This document shows positions 34,467-36,181 of a DNA stretch of 36,181 nt, piece after piece. Under the pieces are notes generated by a model. It did no database searches. It saw nothing but the letters and a program-made list of their open reading frames with translations, and was not told the origin of the DNA. The stretch is from a virus (taxonomy: Duplodnaviria > Caudoviricetes): IMG/VR virus record IMGVR_UViG_3300010376_000085, positions 1 through 36,181 of that record. One strand, 5' to 3'. Both the position numbers and the translations under genes were made by a program. How positions within the stretch are numbered: the stretch's first letter is position 1; the number at the start of each line of letters is the position of its first letter.

Positions 34467-34924
34467 CCGTTCCCTATGAGGGCGCAACTTCGGGCGCGAA
34501 AGCGCGCGACGAAATCACCAAGATGCTGCGCCGCTTCGGCTGCGACTCCATCGGCTTCATGGATGATTTTGAGCAACAAGAATTGGTCTTGTACTTTAAG
34601 CATCGTGGCCAATCGCTGTTGCTGAAAGCGTCGGCCAAAGGCTGGGCTGCGCTCTATCTCAAAGAGCATCCCTACAATTACGCCCGGCATCAAAAGCGCT
34701 CCAAGCAAGAGCATGAGCAGCGCGCGCTTGCTCAAGGCTTGATCGCGGTCAACTCGATCTTGCGCGATTGGGTGAAGGGCCAAGTGATGGCTGTGGAATG
34801 CGGCATTCTGAGCTTTGAAGCCGTGTTCATGCCGTACATGCTCACGCGCGACGGCGTGCCGCTGATGGAGCGGATTAAGCAGACCAAATTGTTGACGGGG
34901 GAAGATAAGGACGATGGTGCGTGA
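34463..34924 (+). CDS. Conserved hypothetical phage protein
   Basis: EITKMLRRFG..ILRDWVKGQ..VECG..FEAVFMPY. ATGA overlap. Confidence 0.8.
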   Translation: MTVPYEGATSGAKARDEITKMLRRFGCDSIGFMDDFEQQELVLYFKHRGQSLLLKASAKGWAALYLKEHPYNYARHQKRSKQEHEQRALAQGLIAVNSILRDWVKGQVMAVECGILSFEAVFMPYMLTRDGVPLMERIKQTKLLTGEDKDDGA

Positions 34925-34997
34925 ATTTATTATTACCTTGGTGATTTATTTGATCGTCGGACTTGGACTCTATGCCGTGTGGAAAGGTCAACCATGA
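34914..34997 (+). CDS. 27-aa single-TM microprotein
   Basis: MVREFIITLVIYLIVGLGLYAVWKGQP. SD AAGGA and ATGA overlap with the next gene. Confidence 0.55.
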   Translation: MVREFIITLVIYLIVGLGLYAVWKGQP

Positions 34998-35938
34998 GTG
35001 CCCCAGCCCAAGCGAAAAAGAAAACCAAGCTGCTCGCGATCACGCCCGCATCAGTAGAACCAAAGAAACCCAAGGTGCTGATCTACGGCCCGGCAGGCGT
35101 TGGCAAGACTTGGATCAGCCTCGACTTTCCCGATGTGTATTACATCGATACCGAAGGCGGCGCAGACCTTGCTCACTATCGCAACAAATTGCGCGCCGCT
35201 GGCGGAATGTATTTCGGCCCAGACCAAGGATCGCTCGATTTCGATACTTTGATCGGCCAGATCGAAGCACTGGCTACCGAACGCCACAAATATAAAACCG
35301 TGGTTGTCGATTCAATCAGCAAGGTTTTCAATTCAGCGATCACAGATGAGCAGATTAGATTGGGCGAAAGGGATGCGTTTGGGGCGTCTAAGAAAAATCC
35401 AATCCGGCAGATGGCCAAGCTGCTGCGCTGGATCAATCGCGCCGATATAACCGCTGTGCTGATTGCCCATGAAAAAGACCTTTGGGGTCAAAGCAGCACT
35501 GGCCAGCGCGAAGCTATCGGTAAAACTGCCGATGCGTGGGAAAAGCTCGAATATGAGCTTCATCTGGTGCTGCGCATTTCCAAGATCGGCGCTGGCGACA
35601 ATGCCAAGCGCTACGCCAATATCGGCAAGTCGCGTTTGCCCAGCTTCCCAGAAGGCACGCGCTTTGATTGGACCTATCCTGAATTTAGCCAGCGCTATGG
35701 CAAGGATGTAATCGAAACTGCCGCTGTGCCGGTTGTTCTGGCCACGCCCGCCGAAGTCAAAGAAATAAAAGACTTGCTTGAAATCGTGAAACTGCCCGAT
35801 GGCCTGGATAAGAAATGGCTGAATGCCGCTAGTGCCGAAACTTGGGATGAAATGTCCCACGATCAGATTGCGGCCTGCATCGGCGCTTTGAAACAACGCA
35901 TGGCCAACAAGAAAGAGGAACCAGCCCATGAAGTTTAA
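34994..35938 (+). CDS. Sak4-like AAA ATPase (phage recombinase)
   Basis: KVLIYGPAGVGKT, IDTEGG, TVVVDSIS and LIAHEK. Followed by an SSB-like gene. Confidence 0.85.
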   Translation: MSAPAQAKKKTKLLAITPASVEPKKPKVLIYGPAGVGKTWISLDFPDVYYIDTEGGADLAHYRNKLRAAGGMYFGPDQGSLDFDTLIGQIEALATERHKYKTVVVDSISKVFNSAITDEQIRLGERDAFGASKKNPIRQMAKLLRWINRADITAVLIAHEKDLWGQSSTGQREAIGKTADAWEKLEYELHLVLRISKIGAGDNAKRYANIGKSRLPSFPEGTRFDWTYPEFSQRYGKDVIETAAVPVVLATPAEVKEIKDLLEIVKLPDGLDKKWLNAASAETWDEMSHDQIAACIGALKQRMANKKEEPAHEV

Positions 35939-36181
35939 ACCTATGTCCGACTTGGACGCCGATACTCAAGCCAACGCTTTTCGCCTGTTTCAGCGCGGCA
36001 TCTATGATTTTGAAATTGTGGAAGCCAAAGAGCGCATCAGCAGCGCAGGCAACAACATGATGGAAATGAGAGTGAAGATATTCGATAAAGAGGGACATTT
36101 CCGCACCATCTTTGACTATCTGGTTGATAGCGACGCGACCGGCTACAAGCTGCGCCATTTCGCCAAAGCCACTGGCCTGCT
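35928..36181 (+). CDS. DUF669-family ssDNA-binding protein (truncated by the window)
   Basis: Hand translation MKFKPMSD..RGIYDFEIVEAKERISSAGNNMMEM..IFDYLV..KLRHFAKATG, open to the end. Confidence 0.8.
   Translation, partial: MKFKPMSDLDADTQANAFRLFQRGIYDFEIVEAKERISSAGNNMMEMRVKIFDKEGHFRTIFDYLVDSDATGYKLRHFAKATGL

Noticed and set aside
1-36181. tRNA or tmRNA genes
   Set aside because: No cloverleaf with D and T arms was recognised. The hairpin clusters lack tRNA consensus, though tRNAscan was not run.

Overview
The window holds most of a temperate podovirus-like phage genome (portal, adaptor, nozzle and ejection proteins; no tape measure). A GcrA-like gene and a PraR-like XRE gene point to an alphaproteobacterial host. 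From left to right: a P4-type tyrosine integrase truncated at the window edge, with an apparently intact attP; a small accessory operon; the virion module on the - strand (3072-23370); terS and terL separated by about 3.5 kb of accessory DNA; a + strand gene array with repeated leaders (27290-29691); a late regulator, a DUF1376 replication initiator with a putative origin, GcrA-like, RusA-like and cro genes; then cI, AlpA/Xis, a Sak4-like ATPase and a truncated DUF669 SSB. The most unusual signal is a dispersed regulatory system. A TGTAC-N7-GTACA operator recurs at 8 sites, usually overlapping a -10 box. Three of these promoters read first into multi-hairpin RNA candidates with C-rich loops. 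One RNA (about 2585-2697) carries a loop complementary to a conserved leader motif next to the Shine-Dalgarno of four genes about 25 kb away. Also notable: a protein resembling SaPI Ppi between terS and terL, a GcrA lacking its DNA-binding domain, a Pro-rich repeat protein under strong purifying selection, and no recognisable endolysin. All family calls come from motif recognition and memory; no searches or folding were run.
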